A stretch of DNA of 64,000 bases from Malacoraja senta (taxonomy: Eukaryota): NCBI GenBank assembly GCA_038087875.1, contig CM075990.1:2668001-2732000 (forward strand). Direction: 5' to 3'. This document shows positions 25,130 through 38,351 of this stretch, one piece after another (within the stretch, counting starts at the first letter, position 1; each line of letters starts with the position of its first letter). The notes beneath the pieces were generated by a model that saw only the letters and a list, made by a program, of their open reading frames with translations, was not told where the DNA came from and ran no database searches. The position numbers were made by a program, and so were the translations under genes.

Positions 25130-25990
25130 GTTTGAGTTCTGTTTATTTTTTGTCACGTGTACCTAGGTACAGTGAAAAGCTTTTGTTGCGTGCTAAAGGG
25201 CCTGTCCCACTTGGGTGTTATTTGCGCGTTTTTTACGCTACATCATTTACGCATCACGACGCACGACGCGACATCATTTAGGCATCACGCGCGCGCCGTG
25301 ATGCACATGTGATGCGCGCATGGCATGCATTAAGCGCGCATGGTGCGTGGTGAGACGTGGTGGCGTAGGCAGTGACGCACGGTCGCGCATGACGTCCCAG
25401 GATTTTGGGATTCACAAAATTTTTGCGCGCAACCTGCGTGATGCGCAAATGACGCCCAAGTGGGACAGGCCCCTTAAGCAGACAGTGGAAAGACAGTACA
25501 TTGTTATAAACAAGCCATCCACAATGTACAGTACATGATACAGGGAATAACATGAATAGCGTTTAGTGCAAGACAATGTCCACTGAAGTCTGATCAAAGG
25601 TAGTCCAATGAGGATTAGATTATCCTCATCTACAATGAGGTAGATAGTAGCTCAGGGTTGTTCTCTAGTTGTGGTAGGATGGTTCAGTTGCCTGATAACA
25701 GCTGGGATGAAACTGTCCATGAATCTGGTGGTGAGCATTTTCACACTTATGTACCTTTCGCCTGATGGGAGAGGGAAGAAGAGGGAGTGGCCGGGGTGTG
25801 ACTCGTCCTTGATTACGCTGCTGGCCTTGCCGAGGCAGCGTGAGGTATAAATGGAGTCAGTAGAAGGGAGGTTGATTTGTGTGATGATCTGGGCTGCGTC
25901 CACAATTCGCTGCAACTTCTTGCGGACTTGGATGGAGCTGTTCCCAAACCAAGTTGTGATGCATCCTGATAAAATGCTTTCTCCGGCGCA
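25130..25990 (-). mobile_element. Rex1/Babar LINE 3' fragment (hosts a MITE)
   Basis: ESILSGCITTWFGNSSIQVRKKLQRIVDAAQ...FIPAVIRQLN plus tail. Confidence 0.85.
25197..25474. mobile_element. PIF/Harbinger-type MITE (CpG-rich subfamily)
   Basis: Same TIR with a TAA TSD; inserted in a Rex1-type 3' UTR, in the opposite orientation to the 14782 copy. Confidence 0.88.
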
Positions 25991-27803
25991 ACTCCTGTCA
26001 GAAGGTTTCATCTTCAAGACTCATATCAGAGACTAAATCAGTTTTCCACTTATGAAATGATAAACGCAGGACCTGCTGGATGAGATGATATTAGCTTTAA
26101 GGAGAGGTGCGGGGGGGGGATCAAACAGATTGTTTTCTCTGGAGCATTGGAGGCCAAGGGGAGACCTGATCGAAGTATATTAAATTATGAGAGGCATGGA
26201 TAGGGTAGACAGTCAAAACATTTTCCCTGGGGGTAATTATCAATATTAAGGTGAAATAGGCAAAGTTATAGGTGATGTGCAGGACATGTTTTATGAACAA
26301 GGGTGGTGTGTGCCTGCAACACGCTGCCGGGGATGGTGGTTGAAGCAGATACATTAATAGCCTTTAGGAGATATTTGGATAGATAGGTTATGATTTTGGC
26401 ATCAGGTTTGGTTTGGTGGTGGAGATACGATAGTGGCATTTAAGAGACATTTAGGTAGGCACATGGTAGGCACAGGGAATGGAGGGATATGGATCACTTA
26501 TAAGTTCATAAGTGAAAAGGCAACTATTAGTCCATTCGACCCATCGTCTACTCTGCCATTCAATCATGGCTGATCTATCTGTCCCTCTCAACCCCATTCT
26601 TCTATCTTCTCTCCATAACCCCTGACGCCCTTACTAATCAAGAATCTGTCAATCTCCAACTTTAAAACACCTAATGGCCTCCACAGCTGTCTGTGGCAAT
26701 GAATTCCACAGATTCACCACCACCTGACTAGAGAAATTGCTCCTCATCTCCTTTCTAAAGGTACGTTCTTTTATTGTGAGGCTGTGGCCTCTGGTCCTAG
26801 ACTCTCCCACTAGTGGAAACATCCTCTCCACATCCACTCTATCCAGGCCTTTCACTATTCAGTAAGTTTGATGAGGTCCCGCCTCACTGATGTGTCGGCA
26901 GAGGAGATGAGATTAACTTGGTGTCATGTACAGCACAGACATTGTGGGCTGAAGGGCCTGTTCCTGTGCTGTACTGTTCTATGTTCTATGTTCTATATAA
27001 TACATCCTCTCAGATGAACATCACATTTCTGGGCAATGTTACAATGAGGATGGGTTTTGATCTTGTTGGGTCCTGGCTGATAAATTGCCGTCCATCAGTA
27101 TATCTTACAAACCTGTTCTGATCATTATTATACTGCTATTTTTGAGAGCTTATTACATATAAAGTGGCTGTTCCATTTCCCATATTATAATATCACTGCA
27201 CCAAAAGGTATGTAAAAGAAAGACACAAATATGTGGACTAAATCAGTGGGTCAGGCCTTATCACTGGAGAACATGGATAGTTCAGATACAGTATATAGTG
27301 TGGAAACAAGCCCATGGGCCCACGATGGCCAGATATTTCCTTACACTGGTTCTATCCCACACACTAGGGACAATTTACAGAAGCAAACTAACCTACAAAC
27401 CAGTACGTCTTTGGAGTGTGGGAGGAAATCGGAGCACCGGAGAAAACCGACGCGGTCACAGGGAGAACGTACAAACTCCATGCAGGCGTCACCCGTGGTC
27501 AGGATCGAACCCGGGTCTCTGGTGCTGTGAGGCGGCTACTCTACTGCCGCCCTTGTACCATCCATGCACCACTGCACGCAGCCACAGACAAAACTGTCAA
27601 GGTAATCATGGCCCATTTGCACCACAGACATTCCCTCTCCCGTCAGGCAGCAGATACAGATGTTTAAAAGCACGTGCCACCAGATTTAGGAACATTTTCT
27701 TCCCCATCAGCTGTCTGTGGCAATGAATTCCACAGATTCACCCCCCTCTGACTAAAGAAATTCCTCCTCATCTCCTTCCTAAAGCTACGTCCTTTTATTC
27801 TTA

Positions 27804-28120
27804 TAGCCCTGCCCTACTGTACGAGTTCATTGAAGAGATCGCCCGAGTTTGCCCTGATTCGAACTCGGAGATTTACGGTAATGGCCGTTCGCAGGTACTC
27901 GGGGCTCTCGTGGACATTTTTCAACATGTTGAAAAATCTTCACGAGTCTTCCCGAGCCCACCGCGTTTCCCGAGTACCTGCCGTTAGCGTTATGAGCCGC
28001 TAAGAGACGTCCCCGAGCTCCGACGTACCCGATACGTTCATTCTACGTGCTTACCACGAGATTGATTTTTTTTTAAACTCGGGAGAGCTCTTGAATGAAC
28101 TCGTACAGTGGGACAGGGCT
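27804..28120. mobile_element. PIF/Harbinger-type MITE (agccctgtcccac TIR variant)
   Basis: Ends agccctgccctactgtacgagttcatt / aatgaactcgtacagtgggacagggct with TTA flanks; interrupts a CR1 fragment. Interior resembles the 3095 copy. Confidence 0.82.
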
Positions 28121-28563
28121 TTAAGGCTGTGCCCTCTGGCCCTTGACTCTCCCACTGGTGGAAACATCCTAGTCTCCACGTCCACTCTGTCCGGGCCTTT
28201 CACTATTCAGTGGGTTTCAATGAGGATCCCCCTCATCCTTCTAAACTCCAGCGAGTACAGGCCCAGCGACGTCAAACGCTCATCATATGTTAACCCAATC
28301 ATCCCTGGGATCATTCTCGTAAACCTCCTCTAGACCCCGTTCAATGCCATTTGTTTCAGTTGATCTACCATACTGAAATTTATTGCTAGGTAAAACTTGA
28401 CCAGTGACGGCAAATTTATGACTTAAGAACACCAAAAAGGTGAAAGCCTTTTTCAGAAGAGACGTATTTTTACTTATAGATTTGAACATAGAGCATTATA
28501 AATCACAAAGAAAGGTTTGTTCCAGTATTGGAAGCTTAAATCACCAAGGTTTACAAATACTAT

Positions 28564-29207
28564 GGAGTGTACCTGAACAGTAAACTGGACTGGTCCAGGA
28601 ACGCTGAGGCCCTGTACAAGAATGGACAGAACCGGCTGTACTTTTTGAGAAGGCTCCGCTCCTTCAACATCTGCAGTAAGATGCTGCAGATGTTCTACCA
28701 ATTGGTGGTAGCCAGTGCCATCTTCTTCACTGCCGTGTGCTGGGGCAGCAGGGCGAAGGCCACGGACGCCAATAGGATCAACAAGCTCATCAGGAAGGCT
28801 GGCTCCGTCCTGGGGGCGGAGTTGGATTCACGGGAGGTTGGTCTTGGAGGGGAGGATGCTCCTCAAACTGCGGAGCATCCTGGACAATACAGCTCACCCC
28901 CTCCATGACACACTGGTCAACCTGAGGAGCACCTTCAGCAACAGACTGGTTCCACCAAGATGCAGGACAGAACGCCACAGGAGATCCTTCTATCAAAATG
29001 TACAACTCCTCCCCCTTCTGTTGTGGGGTAGACTGAGACTGACTCCCCCTCCCCACCTCCTCCTCCCTTCCCAATGTTTTCACATCCCCAATCCTTTCCA
29101 CTCATCACTTTAATTTCATGTTTCATGTATTTTGCATTTCATTACTGTTGGCAGATGAATTTCATCTCATGGGATAAATAACGTTCTATCGTATCGTATT
29201 GTATCGT
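28564..29207 (+). mobile_element. Rex1/Babar LINE 3' fragment
   Basis: GVYLNSKLDWSRNAEALYKNGQNRLYFLRRLRSFNICSKMLQMFYQ...HPLH.., followed by a 3' UTR and (tcgta)n tail. Confidence 0.85.
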
Positions 29208-29357
29208 AGTTGATGGTTTCCTGATCTTTCTCTCTGAAAGTTATATAATTCCTACTAATAGGTTCTAACTAACACCAATGAATGTCTCCCATTCATGCAG
29301 CCTGAAAACCGAACTGCACAATTCCTTTCATTGAGATCCCCAATAAATTGTGACTTA

Positions 29358-29978
29358 AGGGCCTGTCACACTTGGGCGTCATTTGCGCGTCATTTACGCG
29401 ACAGGCCGTGACTGTCGCGTGAAAATCGTCTAGCATTACGACAGTCGCGCGCCAAGTGCTCTTGAGGGCCCTGCTTCTTTTGGGAGCCGTTTGCGATGTC
29501 GTTCGTACTTAGTCCGATCTCAGTGGCAAGGATTTTCCCAGTGAAAATCGTTCAAAACCACATGCGCTTTATACCTGGGTGGTCACGTGGTGCGGTGCTC
29601 AAATGATGCGCAACTGCCGCGCCGACGGCATACGGGCGGCGTATGGTTACGGACGTTAACGCACGGTGACGCATAATAAATTAGCATAGGCAATGTTCGT
29701 GCGTCACCGTGCGGAACCATGCGTCACCACGCGGCTACACGTACGGCGTCAGCATGTCAGCGTACACCATCAGTACGTCAGCGTGCGCAAGGGATTCGTC
29801 ATGCAGGTGGCGCACGAGGATTTTGAGCATTACAAAATCCTGGGGCGCTGCGCGTTACAGCGTCACTGCATACGCCACCACGCCGCACCACGCGCCATGC
29901 ACGCGTCACGATGCGCCAACCAATTTTTAGGTTGTCGCGTAAATGACGCGCAAATGACGCCCAAGTGGGACAGGCCCT
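29358..29978. mobile_element. PIF/Harbinger-type MITE, long form (621 bp)
   Basis: About 45-bp TIR agggcctgtcacacttgggcgtcatttgcgcgtcatttacgcgaca with a TTA TSD. Confidence 0.9.
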
Positions 29979-31799
29979 TTACACAGCACCAGAGACCCGG
30001 GTTCAATCCTGACTACGGGTGCTGTCTGTATCGAGTCTGTACATTCTCCCTGTGACCGCGTGGGTTTTCACTGGGTGCTCTGGTTTCTCCCACACTCCAA
30101 AGACGTGCAGGCTTATAGGTTACAGTATCTGTAAATTGTCCCTTCTGTGTGGGATAGAACTAGCGTGTGGGGTGATGATTGGTCGGTGGGCCGAAGGGCC
30201 TGTTTTCACACTGTATCTCTAAAATGAACTAAATACGGTGATTGTTTTTGAGTTTCAAACTGACATCTAAGAGCTGTAAATATTAATTGAAAATCATGAA
30301 AGAACTTTTGATGAAAGGCCACAAACCGGAAATATTAACCATGTTTCATTGCCATTCTTACTGTAGCAAATACCTTATTCAGAGATGACATGGTATATTA
30401 AACTTTCCAGCTCAATGCAGCATCCTGGCCACCTCAAAGGGTTGTCACCTAAAGTGAAAATCACATTTTACTTTAGTTTATAGATGCAGCGTGGAAACAG
30501 GCCCTTCAGCCCACCGAGTTCTCACTGACCAGCGATCCCTGTACACTAACACTATCCCACACAATTTACTATTTACTATTCTACCAAAGCAATTTGCTAT
30601 TTACTATTTTACCGGAGCATCTGGAGAAAAACCACGCAGGTTAAAGGGAGAACGTACAAACTCCATACAGACAGCACCCGAGGTCAGGATCGAACCGGGG
30701 TCTCTGGCGCTCTAAGGCAGCAACTCTACCGCTGCGCCACCATGCTGTTCCGCGACTCTCATATGTTTCACAGCAACCAATTAATAATTCTCCCTCCACT
30801 GAAAATCCTTGCCCATCCTGCTGGCACAGAAACGATGGGCTGAATGGCCTCCTACAATGCTGTACGAACTAGCAATTTCTGACCTTCGTACTCTTTATCC
30901 ACACTGAAGTGTTTTAAAGTGCAGTCAATATCGTAAATAAAGATGGCATGAACACCTCACTACCACTAACACCATGGGAAATCTTTCATTTGCAGTATAA
31001 ATTCCTAATTTCAATTCATATTAGTCAGAATTAAAGAAATACATAGCATGGTAATAGTCTGTGGATTAGTTGATAATAATGTAGGCATTTCAATATGGTC
31101 TCCTATAATAAAACCTGTTTCAGCTCTTAAAAGATTTAAATTGAATGTTCCTCTTGAGCCTGTTGGGTGAACTAATGCAAATTGTGTCTGGAAAAATTCA
31201 ACAAAGGTTGTAACAGAATGGTGTTATGGAAATGAGAGAAGGGTGGCATGCCTGGACTGACTGATATATTCACTGACTGTCTTGACGCAAGCTGGAATCA
31301 TTCCAATTCATTAGTTTACTTCAGAGATGCAGCGCGGAAACAGGCCCTTTGGCCCACCAAGTCCGCGCCGACCAGTGATCCCCGCACACTCGCACTATTC
31401 TACACACACTACGGACAATTTACAATTTACAGAAGCCAATTTAGCTACAAACCTGCATGTCTTTGGAGTGTGGGAGGAAACCGGAGAACTAGGGGAAAAT
31501 CAACGCAGGTCACAGGGAGAACGTACCAACTCCGTACAGACAGCACCCATAGTCAGTATTGTACCCGGGTCTCTGGGGGCAGTAGGGCAGCAACTCTACC
31601 GCTGCGCCACCGTGCCATCTCCACATTTGAGAAGAAATCAGTTTGTAGTCTGAAGAAGGGTCTCAACCCCAAAAGTCACCCATTCCTTCTCTCCAGAGAT
31701 GCTGCCTGTCCCTCTGAGTTACTCCAGTATTTTGTGTCTATCTTCTGTGTAAATCTGCATTTGCAGTTCCTTCCTACACATTAGTTTAGTTTAGTTTAG

Positions 31800-32027
31800 T
31801 TTTTTTTTTTTTTTTTTTTTGAAAATATTTTTAATTGGAGAAAAGTACACAACCTATTAACATCATTACAGTCTTACATTTTTAAATTGATAATATTATC
31901 AATTATTATTACATTGTCTCCAATACCTTTTGCCTTTTTTTTTAAAAACTAGATAGAACTAAAAAGATAGATGAAGTAAAGAAAGAAAAGAGTGAGAAGA
32001 AAAAGAGAAAAATAAAAACAAAAAAAC

Positions 32028-32058
<31 letters not shown>

Positions 32059-32102
32059 AAAAGATGGTTAAAGAAGAATGGAAAAATTTATTAAAATAAA
32101 AA
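31800..32102 (-). mobile_element. Poly(A)-tailed L1-like 3' UTR inserted in a SINE (tttag)n tail
   Basis: Uninterrupted T run of about 21 nt; agtttagtttagtttt on both flanks; composition resembles the other L1 3' UTRs. Confidence 0.6.
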
Positions 32103-33660
32103 AGTTTAGTTTAGTTTTGAGATACAGCATGGAAAAAGGCCCTTCGGCCCACCGAGTCCATGCCACCAGTGATCATCCCATACACTATCACTATCCTACT
32201 CACTAGGGACAATTTATTTTCCAATCATTTTACCAAAGTCAATTAACCTACAAACTTGTACATCTTTGGAGCATGGGAGGAAACCGGAGCGCCCGGAGAA
32301 AACCCACTTGGTCACCTTTCTAGGGTGGAGAATTTCCATTGACTTGTTCCACACCTAGTCAATGGAACCAAGGGTAGTCACGGTGGCGCAGCGGTAGAGT
32401 TGCTGCCTTACAGCGAATGCAGCGCCGGAGACCCGGTTCGTTTCCGATTACGGGTGCTGTCTGTACGGAGTTTTGTACATTCTCCCCGTGACCTGCGTGG
32501 GATTTCTCCGAGATCTTCGGTTTCCTCCCACATACCCTACACCTAGTGGGTGTAGGGTAGTGTTAATGTGTGGGGATCGCTGGTCGGCGCGGACCCGGTG
32601 GGCTGAAGGGCCTGTTTCCGTGCTGTATCTGTAAACTAAACTAAACTATGTACCTTTGGTACCTTTGGTTCTTACGCATCTGTCCACCTTTTCACCTTTA
32701 CATCATTCCATCACGGGTATTGTTCCATCACACAACGTTTAAGAAACATTTAGACAGCTACAGGGAGAGGGCAGGTTTAGAGTGATATGGGCCAAATGCA
32801 GGCAGGTGGGACATGTTGGCCAGTACGGGCAATTTGGGCCGAAGGGCCTGTTTCCACGCTGTATGACTATGACTCTGCTGACCATCAAAGGGATCTACAG
32901 AAGTCGCTCTCAAAAAGGCAGCCAGCATCATCAGAGACCCACACCACCCTGGCCACGCTCTCATCTCCCCACTGCCATCGGGAAGAAGGTACAGGAGCCT
33001 GAAAACTGTAACGTCCAGGTTCACGAGCAGCTTCTTCCCAACAACGATTAGGCTATTAATCACCCCAACCTCCAAAAAGACTAAAATATGTAGATGGAGG
33101 CATTGTTTTTTACTTTGCACCTCACCTCAATAGCGGCACGGTAGAGTAGCCGCAGATCGACTGCCTTACAGCGCCAGGGAACTGAGTTCGATCCTGACTA
33201 CAGTCGCTGTCTGCACGGAGTTTGCACGTTCTCCCCATGACCTGCGTGGGTTTTCTCTGAGATCTTCAGTTTCCTCGCACACTCCAAAGACATACAGGCT
33301 TGTAGGTTAATTGGCTTGATATAGATGTAAAATTGGCCCTAGTGTGTGTAGGATAGTGTTAATGCACGGGGGTCGCGGGCCGGTACGGACTCGGTGCGTC
33401 AAATGGGCCTGTTTCCACACTGTACCTCTAAATGAAACGAAACCATTAAAAAAAAAAATTGGCATATATTTTTTAATATACACTGAACTTTTTTTTGTTA
33501 TTATGGGTTTTTCAGAGTACTATGTTTACAAACCTGTTGTGCTGCAGCAAGTAAGAATGTCATTGTTCTATCTGGGACACATGACAATAAAACACTCTTG
33601 ATTCTTGATTGCCTGAATAGCTTGGTGCATTTGCACCAGTATATTGTGGATTAACTTTTA

Positions 33661-34030
33661 GCAGTCCCACTTAGGAGACCTAAACAGCAACCTCTGGTGA
33701 CCTTGCCCGCCAGGTCGAGGTGACCTGCAACCTCCTACCACCTCCCACGCATATGTTGAAAACCTTCCTCGACTATGAAGAAAACCGGCTTCGACTAGAC
33801 CTGCGACTAAAAAATGATCGATTTTTAAAACGGCAACCTATTTTTAGTCGAGGCCAGTTTTAATCATGATGAAAAAATAGCAGCAACCGAGATGAAGCCT
33901 CGACCACGTGGAAACCACTTTCGACCATTAGGGAGAGTGACCAAAACCTCTGGTGACCTCATGGAAACCTTGGGTGGCAGGCAAGGTCACAAGAGGGTGC
34001 TGTTTAGGTCTCCTAAGTGGGACAGGGGCT
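33661..34030. mobile_element. PIF/Harbinger-type MITE with damaged left end
   Basis: gtcccacttaggagacctaaacagca pairs with tgctgtttaggtctcctaagtgggac; the right end is followed by TTA. Confidence 0.8.
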
Positions 34031-35087
34031 TTACTTTCTACCTGTCTTTGCATTCTGGGTTCCTCTAAAGGAGTAAAAAATACATGTGAGATTATTTGAT
34101 AATCTGAAAAGTATTCTGCTGACTGAATGGTTAGTCCAGATAGGCGGTAGACACTGAGGAGATCAACAGAGACAGTTTGTGTAGGAAGGAACTGCAGATG
34201 CAGGTTTAAACTGAAGATAGACACAAAATGCTGGAGTAACTCAGCAGGACAGACAGCATCTCTGGAGAGAAGGAATGGGTGACGTTTCGGGTTGAGACCC
34301 TTCTTCAGACTGTAAGCCTAACCATAATACACCTTGGTCTCTCTGACAAAAGGTTATTGTGGCTCAGCATAGGGATCAGTGCTGGCACCTTTAACTCATG
34401 CACAATGACTTGGATGAAGGCACTAAAAGCATGCAGGCTAAAGAAACAGAGAGGTGGTGCTGCGGTAGAGTTGCTGCCTTACAGCGCCAGAGACCCGGGT
34501 TCGATCCTGACTACAGGTGTTGTCTGTGCGGAGTTTGTACGTTCTCACCGTGACCGCGTGAGTTTTCTCCGGGTGCTCCGGTTTCCTCCCACACTCCAAA
34601 AGACCTACAGGTTTGTAGGCAAATTGGCTTTAGTAAAAATTGTAAATTGTCCCAAGTGTGTAGGATAGTGTTAGTGTGTGGGGATCACTGTTCAGCGTCG
34701 GCTCATTGGGCCGCAGGGCCTGTTTCCGTGCTGTATGTCCAAAACTGAAAGTAAAACTGATCGTATAGGAGCGGATGGAAATATAAGCTGTGTGGGAGGT
34801 TATAAATGCACATAGAAGGGTTAAGTGAATAGTGTTAAGCTCTGCAAAATGGAATATAATGTGGGAAAATGAGAAATAATTTATTTGGTTAGAAAAGCAT
34901 GGAGTCTAAATGGTGAGAGATTACAGAGCTCAAAGATACAAAGGGCCTTGGGTATTCTAGTAACCGGCCAATCTAAAGGTACAACAAGCAGTTAGGAAAG
35001 CCCGTCAGTGATATTGCTAGTTTCCAAAAGAAATGAATGTAAAAGTACAAACACTTTTTAAGGCCATTGGTGAGACCCCATCTCATG

Positions 35088-35292
35088 CCTTAACGATTAT
35101 CGTCCAATGGCATTGACATCCACCATCAAGAAGTGCTTTGAGAAGCTAATTATGGAATGCATTAAATCCAGTCTACCCAGCAACCTTGATCCATTGCAGT
35201 TCACCTACCGCCACAACAGGTCCATGGATGATGCCATCTCCCTGGCCCTACACTCATCCCTGGAACACCTGGATAAGAGAGACACCTACGTC
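35088..35292 (+). mobile_element. Rex1/Babar LINE reverse-transcriptase fragment
   Basis: [21 protein letters not shown]...[30 protein letters not shown]. Confidence 0.88.
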
Positions 35293-35403
35293 TTTGTAAT
35301 TGCTCAGGTGTGTTTAATTGCCTCCTTAATGCAGGTAGAAGAGACCTCTCAGCACCTAGTCTTTCCTCCAGTCTTTCCATCACCTTTATTGCTGTTTATC
35401 AAC

Positions 35404-35811
35404 ATGAGGACCAAAGTTGTGCCAATGAAAGTCAAAGAAGCCATTATAAGACTGAGAAACAAGAAAAAAAACTGTTAGAGACATCAGCCAAACCGTAGGC
35501 TTACCAAAATCAACTGTTTGGATATTATTAAGAAGAAAGAGAGTTTACTAATCGCAAAGGGACTGGCAGGCCAAGGAAGACCTCCACAGCTGATAACAGA
35601 AGAATTCTCTCTGTAATAAAGAAAAATCCCCAAACACCTGTCCGACAGATCAGAAACACTGTTCATGAGTCAGGTGTGGATTTGTCAATGACCACTGTCC
35701 ACAGAAGACTTCATGAACAGAAATACAGAGGCTACACTGCAAGATGCAAACCACTGGTTAGCCGCAAAAATAGGATGGCCAGGTTACAGTTTGCCAAGAT
35801 GTACTTAAAAG
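35404..35811 (+). pseudogene. Tc1-family transposase N-terminal fragment (paired-like/HTH DNA-binding domain), frameshifted
   Basis: Across frameshifts reads [48 protein letters not shown]...TTVHRRLHEQKYRGYTARCKPLVSRKNRMARLQFAK. Has the GRPR AT-hook and the KPL..RLxFA motif; the DDE domain is absent. Confidence 0.88.
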
Positions 35812-36246
35812 ATTCGATTCATAGACTACAGCTTTACTTTTCATCGATTCGTAGACTACAGCTTTACATTTAACACCATTATCCCATCAAAACTTATCAC
35901 CAAAATTACCGAATAGTGAAAGGCCTGGATAGAGTGGATGTGGAGAGGAGTCGAAGACCAGAGGGCACAGCCTCAGAACAAAAGGACGTACAGTACCTTT
36001 AGAATGGAGATGAAGGGGAATTTCTTTAGTCAGAGGGTGGTGAATCTGTGGAATTCATTGCCACAGAAGGCTGTGGAGGCCAAGTCAATGGATATTTCTG
36101 GTGGAGATTGATAGATTCTCGATGTTTACAGGTGTCAGTGGTCTTGGGGAGATGGCAGGAGAATGGGGTTGAGAGGGAGATATAGATTAGCCATGATTGA
36201 ATGGCGGAGTGGATACGATGGGCCGAATGGCCTAATGCTGCTCCTA

Positions 36247-36446
36247 NNNNNNNNNNNNNNNNNNNNNNNNNNNNNNNNNNNNNNNNNNNNNNNNNNNNNN
36301 NNNNNNNNNNNNNNNNNNNNNNNNNNNNNNNNNNNNNNNNNNNNNNNNNNNNNNNNNNNNNNNNNNNNNNNNNNNNNNNNNNNNNNNNNNNNNNNNNNNN
36401 NNNNNNNNNNNNNNNNNNNNNNNNNNNNNNNNNNNNNNNNNNNNNN
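36247..36446. other. Assembly/scaffold gap (200 N)
   Basis: Run of exactly 200 N; true gap size unknown. Confidence 1.
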
Positions 36447-37389
36447 GCTTCAGGGGTGTTATGTGAAACGAGATTGAGCTATTACAACCTGGTGAGAGCA
36501 CAGTTCACAATACCCAGTCAAAGATGGTGCTTCCACAAAGACAAAGTGGAGTACAAAATTGATGCAGCTGCTCTTTTGAGACAAGGGCCAATAGTAGTGG
36601 GAATGTTCCTTGTGTAGGGTACCAAATATTCTGGACACCAGTCACAGAGGAGTTACCTTCACTGACAATTCATTCAAGAAGAAGCATCAACAGGAGAATA
36701 GAAGTCACATTCTTTGCATGCATAACCTTATCATTGTTAAATTGCTAATTCCAGTGGAAAATTGTGTGTAAGTTTAAGACAAAGTATAAACAAAAGAATT
36801 CTGAACGGACCTTCCATAAGCTAGGGTGCTTTCCGATTCACCTCTACCCCATTGCGGACATTGGACTTTGTCAATTGAACTGATGTGCTACAATGCTGAG
36901 AATTATGAGAGAGCCACAGAGTGCTGGAGTAACTCAACGGGTCAAGCAGCTTCTCGGGAGAAAATGGATGGGTGACATTTCAGGTGGAGAAATTCTTTAT
37001 CTCCCAGAGATGCTGACTGACTCGCTGAGTTAGTCCAGCACTTTGTGTCTATTTTCAGTATAACCCAGCATCTGCAGTTCCTATTTACATGCTGAGAACT
37101 CTGCACTCTGTATTTTCCCCATTGCTATATCTATTGTGCTTGAGTTTGAACTGATTGTGTCTGGGTGTGGTAAATCTGATCTGTTTGGATTGCATGCAAA
37201 CAAAGCTTTTCACTGTACCTCAGTACACGTGATAATAATAAACCTAAGCCTAAGCCTCAACTAAAACCTATCACTGGTCAGATTGGGTAGTGTTTCACAG
37301 TTAAATATATATATTGGGTTAGAGACTGGTCATGATGAAAACTGTCTGTCTATTCATACGTGGGGGCCACCTTGCTTCACAAAGAGAGA

Positions 37390-37601
37390 AACACACACAC
37401 GCTCGCGCACACACACACACATACAGGCATGCACAAACATATGGACACACCACACATATGTACACATGCACACTCACACTACATTGACACACACACACGG
37501 CATGGACACACACACACACACACACACAACACATGGACAGATACACAGACACATGCGCGCACACACACACCACACACACACACACACACCACACACACAC
37601 A

Positions 37602-37632
<31 letters not shown>

Positions 37633-37671
37633 CACAACACATGGACAGATACACAGACACATGCGCGCACA

Positions 37672-37739
<68 letters not shown>

Positions 37740-37762
37740 ACACATGGACAGATACACAGACA

Positions 37763-37801
<39 letters not shown>

Positions 37802-37873
37802 CACATGGACAGATACACAGACACATGCGCACACACACACACCACACACACACACACACACCACACACACACA

Positions 37874-37904
<31 letters not shown>

Positions 37905-38115
37905 ACACATGGACAGATACACAGACACATGCGCGCACACACACACCACACACACACACACACACGCGCACACACGCGTACACACACATGGTCAGACCGA
38001 ATGCAACACAGGCATGCGTACACGCATACGGACAACCACACGCATACATGCACACACACGGACAGTCACACACATGGATACGCACAAACACACACACCAC
38101 ACACGCACACACAGA
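37390..38115. repeat. (CA)n array with a higher-order repeat unit
   Basis: Unit aacacatggacagatacacagacacatgcgc recurs 5 times, separated by variable CA runs. Confidence 0.97.
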
Positions 38116-38351
38116 CATTATCAGCAGGGTCATGAGGATGTGGGAGACCTGGGCTACTCTGGCAACTCACAGTTACTGAAAGTAGTCATATTCTCGTCAA
38201 CATCCAACCCGGCTGCCAGTGTGTGGGATCATCTAACTCAGCAAGACCAAGGCCCTGAACCTGTGATTTGTCTGAAACTTCCCTGCACTTCACGGTGCTC
38301 TCAGTTACTGATCCATCAAGTGAAATTCAAATGTGTAGGAAGGAACTGCAG

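Noticed and set aside
37500..37960. CRISPR-like repeat-spacer appearance
   Set aside because: The spacers are CA runs rather than unique sequence, the DNA is eukaryotic and there are no cas genes.
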